A stretch of DNA of 63,999 nucleotides, filler included. It is 6 parts of 6 records of this genome, joined end to end, with 100 filler letters (N's around TTAATTAATTAA, not from the genome) between each part and the next. Parts side by side here need not be neighbours in the genome. Positions count along the whole stretch, not along the records: positions 38,236 to 50,013 come from SRR31147125_9745; positions 50,114 to 58,831 come from SRR31147125_9766; 4 more parts are not named here. The stretch is one strand, 5' to 3'. The stretch's first letter is position 1; the number at the start of each line of letters is the position of its first letter. The notes beneath the pieces are model-generated. The model had not been told where the DNA came from. It saw only the letters and a program-made list of their open reading frames with translations, and ran no database searches. The position numbers were made by a program, and so were the translations under genes. Of the stretch, positions 42,029 to 51,908 are shown in pieces.

Positions 42029-43349
42029 TATCCTGATTATGAATCAGAAAAATAATACAATTTTGGCGGAACAGAATAAAATGCTGGTAGAACGTGTCAA
42101 CGAGCTTTCCAGCCTTATTGAAGTGAGTATTATTATCAATTCCACTTTGGATTTGGATAAACTTCTTGAATTGGTATTAGTAAAAGCTCAGTCTGTTATG
42201 CATGCAGAGGCCAGCTCTGTTCTGTTGATTAATAAAGATACAAATAAATTGGAATGTAAAGTTGCTTTGGGTAAAGTCGGGGCTCAGGTTGCTCCTACGA
42301 TTCAATTATCCAGGGGACAGGGGGTGGCAGGTTGGGTGTGGGAACACGAAGAACCGCTGATTGTCGCTGATGCTGCCACAGATAAAAGATTTTTTTCGGG
42401 TGTTGACCGTCAATCCGGATTTAAAACAGATTCCATCCTTGCTGTACCTCTTATAGTCCAGGATCGTATTATCGGTGTTGCCGAGGTTATTAATCGGGTC
42501 GATGGCAATCAATTTACAGCAAATGAATTAGAGCTGTTTTCAACCTTTGGCAGACAAGTGGCACTTGCCATTGAAAATGCTCAAATGCACCAGATTGCTT
42601 TGGAACAGGAGCGAATTAACCAGCAACTCGAGTCTGCAAAGGTCATTCAACAAAGTTTTATGCCACAATTTCTTCCCTCCAGCCCTGGAGATATCTTTCA
42701 ATTAGCCGCCAAAAATATCTCAGCAAATGCTGTTGGAGGCGATTTTTATGATGCTATCAGATTAAATGAGCGCTATCTTGGATTGTTGATGGGTGATGTC
42801 TCGGGTAAAGGTGTCCCTGCAGCACTGCAAATGGCTCGAATAATGAGCGATTTTCGTTTTTACGCCCATAAAGAACGTCAACCCGGCCAATTACTTCATT
42901 TGCTAAATAATGAATTGGTGGAACGATGTCAGCAAGGAATGTTTGTTACCGTACAATATGCTATCGTTGATCTAAAAAATGGCACGTTGTCGTTAGCTAA
43001 TGGTGGGCATTTGCCAGCTGTGCATTGGCAACCGCGCAGCCAAAAGGCACAGTTCATTACCGTTGAAGAGGGGATTCCACTGGGCATTAGTAAGGATGTT
43101 TCTTATCAGTCCGTGGATATTGCTTTGCAGCCCAAAGAGTATATTATGTTTTATACAGATGGACTTGTTGAAATTCGTAATAAAAATAGAGAGGAATATT
43201 CACTAACCAGGTTGTTAAAATCTGTTTCAGGAGATTGGAATAACGCCTCCTCTTTTTTAAATGGAATTCTTGAAAAAGTTAGGCTGTTTTCTGAAAATAA
43301 ACCGAGCCATGATGATCTGACAGCCATGGTGTTTCGATGGAATGGCTAA
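42018..43349 (+). CDS. GAF + PP2C (SpoIIE/RsbU-type) serine phosphatase
   Basis: GAF (GQGVAGWV..DKRFF..VDRQSGFKTDSILAVPL); VGGDFYD, GDVSGKG, YTDGLVE, DDLTAM. Confidence 0.92.
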   Translation: MPINILIMNQKNNTILAEQNKMLVERVNELSSLIEVSIIINSTLDLDKLLELVLVKAQSVMHAEASSVLLINKDTNKLECKVALGKVGAQVAPTIQLSRGQGVAGWVWEHEEPLIVADAATDKRFFSGVDRQSGFKTDSILAVPLIVQDRIIGVAEVINRVDGNQFTANELELFSTFGRQVALAIENAQMHQIALEQERINQQLESAKVIQQSFMPQFLPSSPGDIFQLAAKNISANAVGGDFYDAIRLNERYLGLLMGDVSGKGVPAALQMARIMSDFRFYAHKERQPGQLLHLLNNELVERCQQGMFVTVQYAIVDLKNGTLSLANGGHLPAVHWQPRSQKAQFITVEEGIPLGISKDVSYQSVDIALQPKEYIMFYTDGLVEIRNKNREEYSLTRLLKSVSGDWNNASSFLNGILEKVRLFSENKPSHDDLTAMVFRWNG

Positions 43350-43370
43350 CTATTTTGTGTATGGAATTTT

Positions 43371-43793
43371 ATGACCTACTCTGTTGAAATACGTATAACA
43401 AGTGACCCGAAATTGCTCAGGGTGGTTAGAGCAACAACGGAACAGATATGCTCCATAATCGGTCTGGCCAATTTGGAATGTCATAAAATTGTACTTGCCG
43501 TTGATGAGGCGTGCTCGAATGTTATCCGGCATTCCTATAAAAGAAAAAAAGGTCAACCGATTTTTGTCAGTTTTAAACTATTTCGTACCAGACTGGAAAT
43601 TGTCATCCGGGACCAGGGAGAGCCTGTTGACAAGAAAAAACTTGTGCCACGAGACCTGGGGGAGATTAGACCGGGTGGTTTGGGTGTTTATCTCATCAGG
43701 AGTGTTATGGATAATGTTAAATATATTAACAAAATAGATGAAGGTAATTATCTTATCATGTCAAAAAAAATTAGCCAAAAGGAGCAAGTTTGA
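43371..43793 (+). CDS. RsbW-type anti-sigma factor / serine kinase (HATPase_c_2)
   Basis: LAVDEACSNVIRHSY, IRDQG, PGGLGVYLIRSVMD. Confidence 0.9.
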   Translation: MTYSVEIRITSDPKLLRVVRATTEQICSIIGLANLECHKIVLAVDEACSNVIRHSYKRKKGQPIFVSFKLFRTRLEIVIRDQGEPVDKKKLVPRDLGEIRPGGLGVYLIRSVMDNVKYINKIDEGNYLIMSKKISQKEQV

Positions 43794-44134
43794 ATCTAGA
43801 CATTAAAGCAAATTTAAAAAACGAGATTGCTACCATTCACATTAATGGTGAAGTGGATCTCTATTCCTCTAAAGAGGTGAGAGAAACCATTATTAAATAT
43901 ACAAAGTCGAAAACGCCCGCTATTTTGGTGAATTTATCTGATGTGAAATACATGGACAGTTCCGGAGTCGCAACGCTCATTGAAGGATTACAGCAAAGCA
44001 AAAAGTATGATGGACGTTTTATACTCGTCGGATTGTTACCAAATGTTCGGGAAGTATTTGAATTAACGCGATTGGACAAAGTTTTTGAAATTCGCAATGA
44101 TATTCAATCGGCTTTGGAGTATTTAAAAGCGTGA
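43790..44134 (+). CDS. STAS anti-sigma factor antagonist (RsbV/SpoIIAA type)
   Basis: GEVDLYSS, VKYMDSSGV phosphoacceptor motif, VFELTRLD. Confidence 0.92.
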   Translation: MNLDIKANLKNEIATIHINGEVDLYSSKEVRETIIKYTKSKTPAILVNLSDVKYMDSSGVATLIEGLQQSKKYDGRFILVGLLPNVREVFELTRLDKVFEIRNDIQSALEYLKA

Positions 44135-44934
44135 ATATGATAAGAAATACCTTTGGAAGCGTAGGCCGGAGTGTCCTGCAATTTTCTGTTCACCTGGTTC
44201 GGATTGCTAAAATTACCGGTCAATCTCTATATTGGATTTTTTATGCGCCTTTTAAAGGTAAAAAAATCCGCTGGCGCCTGACCATTATTCAGATGGTGCG
44301 TATTGGTGTTAATTCGATACCCATCGTATGTGTCATATCATGGTGTGTTGGATTAATTATTGCTATGCAATCAGCATATCAATTGGCCAAATTTGGCGCT
44401 ACCATTTATGTCGCTGATCTTGTTGGTGTATCTATCACCCGCGAGCTGGGACCACTTATTACTGCCATCATTATTGCCGGAAGGAGTGGATCTGCGATCG
44501 CTGCAGAAATTGGCACGATGAAAGTTGCAGAAGAGATCGATGCTTTGCAGACAATGGGCTTAAATCCTATTGGATATCTTGTTGTTCCCCGCACTCTGGC
44601 TATGCTGATTGTTGTTCCATGTTTAACCATTCTGGCTGATTTTTTTGGTATTACTGGTGGTTTTGTTTTGGCAGTTTTCAGTCTCAAATTGCCATTTATT
44701 GCTTATTTTAATGAAACCGCGACCGCCATTTTAGCCAAAGATTTTTTAACCGGACTTGTGAAAAGTGTATTCTTTGCCATTATTATTGCTCAGATAGGCA
44801 TCTATCAGGGATTTAGTGTTCGTGGTGGTGCAGAAGGTGTTGGCAAATCCACGACAGCTTCTGTTGTCTCGTCCATCTTTATGATCATTTTTGCTGATTT
44901 AGTATTTACAGCATTGTTTTTTTCAACCTTTTAG
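44131..44934 (+). CDS. mlaE: MlaE family ABC permease
   Basis: RELGPLITAIIIAGRSGSAIAAEIGTMKVAEEIDAL..GAEGVGKSTT. Confidence 0.95.
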   Translation: MNMIRNTFGSVGRSVLQFSVHLVRIAKITGQSLYWIFYAPFKGKKIRWRLTIIQMVRIGVNSIPIVCVISWCVGLIIAMQSAYQLAKFGATIYVADLVGVSITRELGPLITAIIIAGRSGSAIAAEIGTMKVAEEIDALQTMGLNPIGYLVVPRTLAMLIVVPCLTILADFFGITGGFVLAVFSLKLPFIAYFNETATAILAKDFLTGLVKSVFFAIIIAQIGIYQGFSVRGGAEGVGKSTTASVVSSIFMIIFADLVFTALFFSTF

Positions 44935-44941
44935 AGTTATT

Positions 44942-45730
44942 ATGTCAGAGCCCATTATCAAAATTAGAAACCTCCATACGAGTTATGGTAAAAGAGAAAT
45001 CCTGAAAGGTATAAATCTTGAGATATTTCAGGATGAGACACTTGTCATTTTGGGGCGCTCCGGATGCGGTAAAAGTACCCTTTTAAGACATATTGTAGGT
45101 TTGCAGAAACCTACAGGAGGGGACATTATCGTTAAAGGAATTAATATGGCCACGGCCACGGATAATGACACAGAAAATATATTAAAAAAAGCTGGAATGC
45201 TTTTTCAGGGGGCAGCACTTTTTAATTCTATGACAGTTGGCGATAACGTCGCCTTACCTTTGGTGGAACACACACCTTTAGAAGAGTCAACCATTAAAAT
45301 TATGACACGGCTGAAATTGGATCTCGTGGGTTTATCCGGTTTCGAGGATTTTATGCCCTCACAGCTTTCAGGTGGTATGAAGAAACGTGCCGCATTAGCA
45401 CGCGCGTTATCCATGGATCCTGAAATACTGTTTTGCGATGAACCCTCTGCAGGTTTGGATCCCATCGTGGCAGCTGGAATCGATCATCTCCTGTTAAAGC
45501 TGAAAAAGGCTTTTAGAATGACGATTATTGTTGTTACCCATGAACTCGCCTCTGTTTTTTTAATCGCAGACCGAATTGCTCTTTTGCACGAAGGCAAGGT
45601 TATCTTTTTAGGTAGCAAGGAAGAAATGAAAGAAAGCACCGATCCCATAATTAAACAATTTCTCGATCGACAACCTGATGCAGAACATGTGGATCGTGAT
45701 GAATATCTTCACTCTCTTGTTGGAGATTAA
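44942..45730 (+). CDS. mlaF: MlaF family ABC ATPase
   Basis: GRSGCGKST, LFQGAALF, LSGGMKKRAALAR, DEPSAGLDP. Confidence 0.95.
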   Translation: MSEPIIKIRNLHTSYGKREILKGINLEIFQDETLVILGRSGCGKSTLLRHIVGLQKPTGGDIIVKGINMATATDNDTENILKKAGMLFQGAALFNSMTVGDNVALPLVEHTPLEESTIKIMTRLKLDLVGLSGFEDFMPSQLSGGMKKRAALARALSMDPEILFCDEPSAGLDPIVAAGIDHLLLKLKKAFRMTIIVVTHELASVFLIADRIALLHEGKVIFLGSKEEMKESTDPIIKQFLDRQPDAEHVDRDEYLHSLVGD

Positions 45731-45826
45731 CTTTAAAAAAGTAAATAAATCATACATAAAGATACCTGTTAATATTAAAGCAAATAAAAAAGTGAACATT
45801 AATTTTAGATAAATGAAGGTCAGGCA

Positions 45827-46729
45827 ATGGAATATCGATCAAATGAGATTAAGGCGGGCTTGTTTGTCATTGCAAGTATAATAATTTTTATGGGTTTTCT
45901 TGTCATTATTTCCGGCCTGGATGCCTGGAGTGATAAGAAGATTTATCGTGCCCGTTTCCAGTACATTGGAGGTATTGAACGCGGCTCTGTCATCAGGTAT
46001 GCCGGCCTGGAAGTAGGTAAAGTAAAAGATATTATTTTACCTGCAGATAACGATCCTCGAGTGGAGTTATTATTGGAGGTGGATAATAACACACCCATAC
46101 GTAAAGATAGCTACGCATATCTGACAACAATTGGTATCATGGGCGCCTTTTATATCGAAATTACCCCGGGTACACCCGAATCACCAGTGATTCCATCCGG
46201 TTCTCTGATCAATTCCAAAGATGTAAAAGCCTTTGCACAAATGTCTGGGACGATGGGAGAGGCTACTGAAGAAATGACAGAGTTGATTACTCGTGTAAAT
46301 GATTTGTTCAATATTGAAAATAGAAAACACATTTCTTCAATGATTGCTAATTTTGATGATATGACCATATCCAATTCGAAAAATATTGAAATTGCCTTTG
46401 AGAATGTCAATAAATTGACAACTCATTTGGATTCCATGATTTGTAACCTGAATAAACTTGTTAATGAGAATCAGGGCTCCATTTCTCAGAGTGTGATTTC
46501 CCTGGATGAAGTATTGGAACAAAGCAGTAGGTTGCTGACGAAAATGAATGAGTCAATGGATGAATTAGACCGGTCCATGTTGAAAAATAGTAGCTCTTAT
46601 TATGAAATTGTTGAAAACTTGACTGCTGTCAGTCGTAATTTGGGTGAATTCAGTCAGCGTATAAAAGAACAACCATGGAATCTTGTCAGAAAAACACATC
46701 CTGACGAACGAGTGCTGCCAGAAAAATGA
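45827..46729 (+). CDS. mlaD: MCE/MlaD protein with long helical extension
   Basis: N-terminal TM; GIERGSVIRYAGLEVGKV MCE motif; C-terminal coiled coil ..IKEQPWNL. Confidence 0.9.
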   Translation: MEYRSNEIKAGLFVIASIIIFMGFLVIISGLDAWSDKKIYRARFQYIGGIERGSVIRYAGLEVGKVKDIILPADNDPRVELLLEVDNNTPIRKDSYAYLTTIGIMGAFYIEITPGTPESPVIPSGSLINSKDVKAFAQMSGTMGEATEEMTELITRVNDLFNIENRKHISSMIANFDDMTISNSKNIEIAFENVNKLTTHLDSMICNLNKLVNENQGSISQSVISLDEVLEQSSRLLTKMNESMDELDRSMLKNSSSYYEIVENLTAVSRNLGEFSQRIKEQPWNLVRKTHPDERVLPEK

Positions 46730-46806
46730 AATTATCGTTTGTTCTGTATTAAGAACAACGTCTTAAATTAGGTCAGTTTCTGTTTAATGCTACAGGGAGT
46801 TTCATC

Positions 46807-47385
46807 TTGAAAACATATTTTTCTATCTTGATTACGTTTCTGATCCTGGTGTCTTGCGGACATGTGCCTGAAACCCGCTATTATACGATAAACTATGACA
46901 TGTTGCCTGCTGAAACGGGTGTTGGGGATAACATACTGCTCATAAGGAGATTTACGTCAGATCCAATCTATCAAGGAGACAAGCTGATTTATAAAAAAAC
47001 TGATTTTGAAGTGAAATTTGATTATTACAGACGATGGGTTACTCCGCCCTCTGAAATGTTAACAACCGCAGCACATTCTCGTATCATGGGAAGCGGACTA
47101 TATCAGCGTGTCACACTTGTACCTCCTCATTTTAATTCGTTTCTTGTGCTCTCAGGACACGTTAAGCAATTTGAAGAGGTGTATAACCAAAATGGGCGGG
47201 AAGCAAGGGTGGCTCTCTGGGTAGAAGTTGAAAACTTTGAAACGAAACAAATGCAGTGGTCCGGATTATTAACTGGTAAAACCCCGATCAATGGCTCTGG
47301 AGAAGATGCGATTGTCCAGGCGATGAGCAAGGCCTGTAATAAAGTATTGGACAGTTTGGTGAAAAAATTACAAGAACTGCAATGA
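46807..47385 (+). CDS. ABC-type transport auxiliary lipoprotein (PqiC-like)
   Basis: Lipobox LVSC; YYTI, RRWVTPPSEML, LSGHVKQFE; follows mlaD. Confidence 0.8.
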   Translation: MKTYFSILITFLILVSCGHVPETRYYTINYDMLPAETGVGDNILLIRRFTSDPIYQGDKLIYKKTDFEVKFDYYRRWVTPPSEMLTTAAHSRIMGSGLYQRVTLVPPHFNSFLVLSGHVKQFEEVYNQNGREARVALWVEVENFETKQMQWSGLLTGKTPINGSGEDAIVQAMSKACNKVLDSLVKKLQELQ

Positions 47386-47539
47386 TCTTGCTTTTTTCTT
47401 GTTATTAATTATAAAGGTGTTTACAGCTATTTGACATGGTCAACTATAACTCTAGGATTGATCACCAAATAAAACAGAAAATAGCTGTAAATTAAAATGT
47501 GTAAATGATAAAAATAACCTGGATTCTATATATAAAACT

Positions 47540-48223
47540 ATGAATGCACAGTTTGATAAAATGTCTTTGGGGAGCGTCATTACTTCATGGACCTATAAGC
47601 CACCCAAATCGAATAAATTTCTGTTTGCAGCCCTTGGTGTGATTGGTGCTCTGCTGGTTTTTACCATTTTTTATGGTGAACAGTTATTACCGTGGATAAA
47701 AAAAATCCCAAGTATTTTCATCTATATTGCCATATTTATGCTAAGCCCATTGTTAAAGCTTTTAGGTTCCATGGGTAGAGATCAGCATTGGACGCTATAT
47801 GAGAAGGGATTTTCCGTTCTGATTATGGGTAAAAATAATGAAAGGCAGGAGCAGTTTGGATACTGGCATGATTATAAAAATTGCACTTATCAAAAGAATG
47901 TTGTCAGACTCATACCAGCTGGTCCTTTTAAACAGGCTGTTAAAGTAATTACAACTGCAAATGTCATGGAAATTTATTCTATTTGCCGTGAACGGATTAG
48001 CATGGAACAGGCTGTTCGTTTGGAAAAGTCTATAAAGAAGCCTGGGCCGCCAAAAACAAGAGAACAGGAAAAGCTGAAGCGGATGGAAAAATCCATAATC
48101 ACACATCAGTTAAAGGATGTCGAAAAATCTTCCGGTCAGGTGGAAAAGAAATCCCGAGGCTTTTCTCTAAAGGATTTGGAGGATTATTTCAAAATTGATG
48201 AAAATAATAAACAGAGCAGCTAG
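47540..48223 (+). CDS. Hypothetical membrane protein
   Basis: 227-aa ORF with two TM segments and a charged C-terminus. Confidence 0.6.
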   Translation: MNAQFDKMSLGSVITSWTYKPPKSNKFLFAALGVIGALLVFTIFYGEQLLPWIKKIPSIFIYIAIFMLSPLLKLLGSMGRDQHWTLYEKGFSVLIMGKNNERQEQFGYWHDYKNCTYQKNVVRLIPAGPFKQAVKVITTANVMEIYSICRERISMEQAVRLEKSIKKPGPPKTREQEKLKRMEKSIITHQLKDVEKSSGQVEKKSRGFSLKDLEDYFKIDENNKQSS

Positions 48224-48268
48224 TTAAAAAATTGATAAATGGGTACCCTGTTTTTCTTGATCATTTTT

Positions 48269-48302
48269 AAAAAACCGTCTTTAACACAGACGGCTTTTTT
48301 TT
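48269..48302 (+). terminator. Rho-independent terminator
   Basis: AAAAAACCGTCT-TTAACAC-AGACGGC-TTTTTTT. Confidence 0.7.
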
Positions 48303-48328
48303 ACAACGAGGGAGAATCTGGAGTGAGA

Positions 48329-48736
48329 ATGACTCGATGGTTAGGCGTTTTTAAAGGAAAGCATGTCTTGCCTGTTTTTTTCGGTCTCATTATACTTTTT
48401 TTCATGGATGATTTTTTACTTTTAATACTTGTGCAGAAACTGGAACTTTTTCGGATAAGTGGCTGGATTTATTACCTTGTTCTTGCCGGGCTTTTTGTCA
48501 TGAGTTCACTTTTGGCTTTTGCCGTCCTACATATTATGCGTAAAAATCCTACAACCGGGGTGGAAGGCCTTTATGGAAGAAAAGGGCGGGTTGTTCATGT
48601 GTCACAGGGCCAGTATCGTGTTTCCATAAAAGGCGAGATTTGGACGGCTGAGAGCAATGAAAAGTTAAAAGCAGGGGATAAAATAATTGTTAGATCTGTC
48701 GAAGGCCTGCTATTGTATGTTGATTTAATTCGTTAA
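48329..48736 (+). CDS. NfeD-like protein (C-terminal OB domain)
   Basis: TM helices then PTTGVEGLYGRKGRV..V.IKGEIWTAES..GDKIIV.SVEGLLL.V. Confidence 0.8.
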   Translation: MTRWLGVFKGKHVLPVFFGLIILFFMDDFLLLILVQKLELFRISGWIYYLVLAGLFVMSSLLAFAVLHIMRKNPTTGVEGLYGRKGRVVHVSQGQYRVSIKGEIWTAESNEKLKAGDKIIVRSVEGLLLYVDLIR

Positions 48737-48898
48737 TTTTGATGTATTAAAAGTTTATGATTGTTTTTTAATTGATAGAGATGATCCTTCGAATTAGATC
48801 CTGATTTAGATAACTCAAAAAGGTAAATGAGATAACATCCTGACGAATGATTTACCTGGTAGATACTTGTTATATATTATTCAAAGTGCACCCAACTT

Positions 48899-49718
48899 AT
48901 GCCGGAATTACCAGAAGTAGAAACTATCAAGCAGAGCCTTGAACCGGTTCTTGTCAACAATAGAATCGAAAAAGTGGACATTATAGAATCGCGGTTAAGA
49001 TTTCCTGTCATTAAGGAGGATTTTGAACTATGGGTGTCAGGTCAAAAGATTACCGCGATTAATCGACGGGCAAAATATCTTATTTGGGAGCTATATAATA
49101 ATGCTGCTGTAATCATCCATCTTGGTATGAGTGGTCGACTGGGATATTTTCGTTGCCAGGACCCTGTGGAACCACACACTCATGTGGTTTTTTATCTGTC
49201 AAGGAGTCATATTCGATATCGTGATCCACGCCGTTTTGGTTTTATTGAAGTCATGAAACCAGGTGATAAGAAATTTTATAAACGCTTCTTACATTTGGGT
49301 GTTGAGCCGCTGCAGGACAACTTTAATGCAGAGTATTTAAAGCAAAAAACCGCACATTCTATTCGACCTGTTAAAAATATGCTTATGGATGCCACGATTG
49401 TGGTTGGCATTGGCAATATTTATGCAAATGAATCCCTTTTTTTGCCGGTATTCATCCAGCCACACCCGTAAAAGAATTATCAATACTTCAACATACAGCT
49501 CTTATTCATTCCGTTAAAAAAGTTCTTAAAAAGGCGATTAAAAAGGGGGAACCACACTCAATGATTACAGGAATGCCAATGGAGAACCGGGATTTTTTCA
49601 ACTGGATTTGTCAGTATATGGACGGGAAAATGAGGCATGTCCACGGTGTAATCAGCTCATACGTAAAACTGTTCTGGCAGGACGCAGTTCATTTTATTGC
49701 CCCGAATGCCAAAAATAG
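48899..49718 (+). CDS. mutM: Formamidopyrimidine-DNA glycosylase; frameshift(s) in T/A runs from about 49440
   Basis: MPELPEVET, RRAKYL, HLGMSG, DPRRFG, GIGNIYANE; C-terminal zinc finger CPRC...GRSSFYCPECQK*. Confidence 0.93.
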
Positions 49719-49766
49719 ATACTGTTTCGTGATATAATTCCCCTGAATATAGTTTCATGCTAAAAT

Positions 49767-49866
49767 AAAAAAAGGCGCTGACTATTCATCAGCGCCTTCA
49801 ATTCGTGTCATCCCAACCGCTTCAGTCACCCACACACCTGACTGACACTGTGCTCCCAATGCACAT
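49767..49866 (-). ncRNA. Candidate ~100-nt small RNA with own promoter and terminator
   Basis: TTGCTT-16 bp-TAGATT upstream; hairpins GUGC/GCAC and UCAGUCA/UGACUGA; terminator AAGGCGCUGA-UGAAUAG-UCAGCGCCUU-UUUUU; no ORF. Confidence 0.5.
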
Positions 49867-50013
49867 CTATAATCTAATATTTAATTTTGAAAAAGCAAGT
49901 AAAAATCGCAAAAAATGTAAAAAAAATGTAAAAAAAATTAAAAAACATGTCGTAATATGCCTGCTGAAAGGTTCCGTTTAAGTAAAATACGACAGCAATT
50001 TAAAGCAAAAAAA

Positions 50014-50113
50014 NNNNNNNNNNNNNNNNNNNNNNNNNNNNNNNNNNNNNNNNNNNNTTAATTAATTAANNNNNNNNNNNNNNNNNNNNNNNNNNNNNNN
50101 NNNNNNNNNNNNN
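50014..50113. other. Artificial contig linker
   Basis: N-run + TTAATTAATTAA + N-run. Confidence 0.99.
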
Positions 50114-50376
50114 CCGATTCCTTCCTGCTTGGGCAAGTTGCCGCGGTAAGTGTTGGTAAAGTAAATGGTAAGATAATCTGTGATCTGGATTACTTTCACG
50201 ATTCCCGGGCAGAAGTTGATATGAATGTAGTCATGCGGGACGATTCGCTGGTTGAGGTTCAGGGAACAGGAGAAGATGGTGTTTTTTCCCGTCAGGAACT
50301 GAACAGTTTACTGGATGCAGCTGAGGAAGGTATCGCGGCAATTCAGGCTGTGCAAAAGGAGGCGCTGGGGCTATGA
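50114..50376 (+). CDS. rph: Ribonuclease PH, C-terminal fragment (5' truncated)
   Basis: Frame from 50116: [59 protein letters not shown]. Confidence 0.9.
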
Positions 50377-50915
50377 AATATTATAAGAAAATGGAAGGCG
50401 AATTATGCTATCTTTCTCCAATTTCCATTGATGATGCATCGCTCTATACCGAATGGCTGAATAATCTCGATATTACCCAGTATCTGACGCTCAACGTGTT
50501 GAATATCGGCATTGAAGGGGAAAAAGCCGCTCTATCCCGGCTTGCCGGAGAACACGCTTATGCAATAGTGGAAAAGGAAAACAACAGCCTGATAGGGAAC
50601 TGCGGTATTCATAATTGGGACAAGGTACACCAGAATGCCGAAGTCGGTATATTCATCGGAAATGAGGATTTTCTGGGAAAAGGCTACGGTACCGAAGCTC
50701 TGCGCCTGCTGCTGGAGTATGGTTTCGATTATCTGAATATCCATTCAGTACTGCTGAGGGTCTTTTCTCACAATGAACGTGCCATCGCAAGCTACCGAAA
50801 AATTGGTTTCCGGGAGATCGGAGAGTGGCGTGCAAGTCTGAACCAGAAAGGTGAAAAGCACGGAATAATCTTTATGGACCTGCTAGCGGATGAGTTTAAG
50901 CGGCTGAAGTCATAA
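50373..50915 (+). CDS. GNAT acetyltransferase, RimJ/RimL family
   Basis: [37 protein letters not shown]. Confidence 0.9.
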   Translation: MKYYKKMEGELCYLSPISIDDASLYTEWLNNLDITQYLTLNVLNIGIEGEKAALSRLAGEHAYAIVEKENNSLIGNCGIHNWDKVHQNAEVGIFIGNEDFLGKGYGTEALRLLLEYGFDYLNIHSVLLRVFSHNERAIASYRKIGFREIGEWRASLNQKGEKHGIIFMDLLADEFKRLKS

Positions 50916-50942
50916 AAAACCGGCAGAATTATTTCTGCCGGC
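50914..50942. terminator. Terminator hairpin between convergent genes
   Basis: AAAAAA-CCGGCAGAA-TTAT-TTCTGCCGG. Confidence 0.7.
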
Positions 50943-50967
50943 ACAATCATTCACAATGTTTGATTAA

Positions 50968-51738
50968 TTAGAAAATATTCGCGGAACGACCCCAGTCATA
51001 ATTGGTCTGACGAAGCTCTTCTCTGGTCGGCATCGTAAACAGAATAACGCCTTCCGTGTTAGCCGCGTAGACACCGGTATCGATAATCTGGTAAGAAAAA
51101 TTCTTGCTGAATGTCCGATCGACGGTTTTGGTCTGCTTGGTTGCCGCATCATCCTTAACAGCTGAAATACACTCTTTCATATGATCAAGATTTCGATCAT
51201 ACATCGGTCCTATGTTTCCGCTGTTCTTGTAGTCATCCATATCAATAACCTTGATATCGGCAAAAATGATGGAAGGAACCATAACCTTATCATTATCCGA
51301 CACAATATATTCCCCGAACTGCTGGGGATTCAAGGAGCTAACTACAAGCGGATTGACCGGACAGAGTTCCTGATACATTGCAAATCCTTTCCAATTGCCG
51401 GGGACTTTGCATGAGGTTTTAAAAAGCTGTAATGCACGACCATCCTTAGTTACAAGATACATGGATTTCATGACAGAATGGGGGATTTTTTCCAGGACAC
51501 GATAAATCGAGAGGTAGAGGGAGTGTTTAGGTTCTCCATCACTGTGGGTTACACAGTTCTCATTGGCAAATTCCCAGTCGAAATCATTACCGAATCCGCC
51601 TTCAATCTCAATAAATATCAGCTGCTCGGCTGACTCTTTTTTCGAACCGGTAGCCATGTATGATCCAAACGCTTTGGGATCGAGTTCAGAGGCTATCAAG
51701 GCCTCCATGGGAAATACTGTTAAGTAGTAGTAAATCAT
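50968..51738 (-). CDS. Hypothetical protein
   Basis: CAGGAGG SD then MIYYYLTVFPMEALIAS; 256-aa globular-looking protein with no recognisable family. Confidence 0.75.
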   Translation of the reverse strand: MIYYYLTVFPMEALIASELDPKAFGSYMATGSKKESAEQLIFIEIEGGFGNDFDWEFANENCVTHSDGEPKHSLYLSIYRVLEKIPHSVMKSMYLVTKDGRALQLFKTSCKVPGNWKGFAMYQELCPVNPLVVSSLNPQQFGEYIVSDNDKVMVPSIIFADIKVIDMDDYKNSGNIGPMYDRNLDHMKECISAVKDDAATKQTKTVDRTFSKNFSYQIIDTGVYAANTEGVILFTMPTREELRQTNYDWGRSANIF

Positions 51739-51908
51739 CAGTTCCTCCTGATTCACTTGAAACAATTTCCTTAAAGTAATTGTTCTTAAACTATAGCACG
51801 TCTGATACAGCAATGGTATGGAAACGTGCAAAAACATCAAATTGCCTTATGTCTTCCGGCATGAAAATACTTCGTGCCGGAAGTTAGTTCTTCCTGGTAA
51901 GCCAAATC

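Noticed and set aside
47421-47490. 12-bp inverted repeat TTACAGCTATTT...AAATAGCTGTAA as a MITE
   Set aside because: Single copy, no clear target-site duplication or transposase; may be a simple stem-loop
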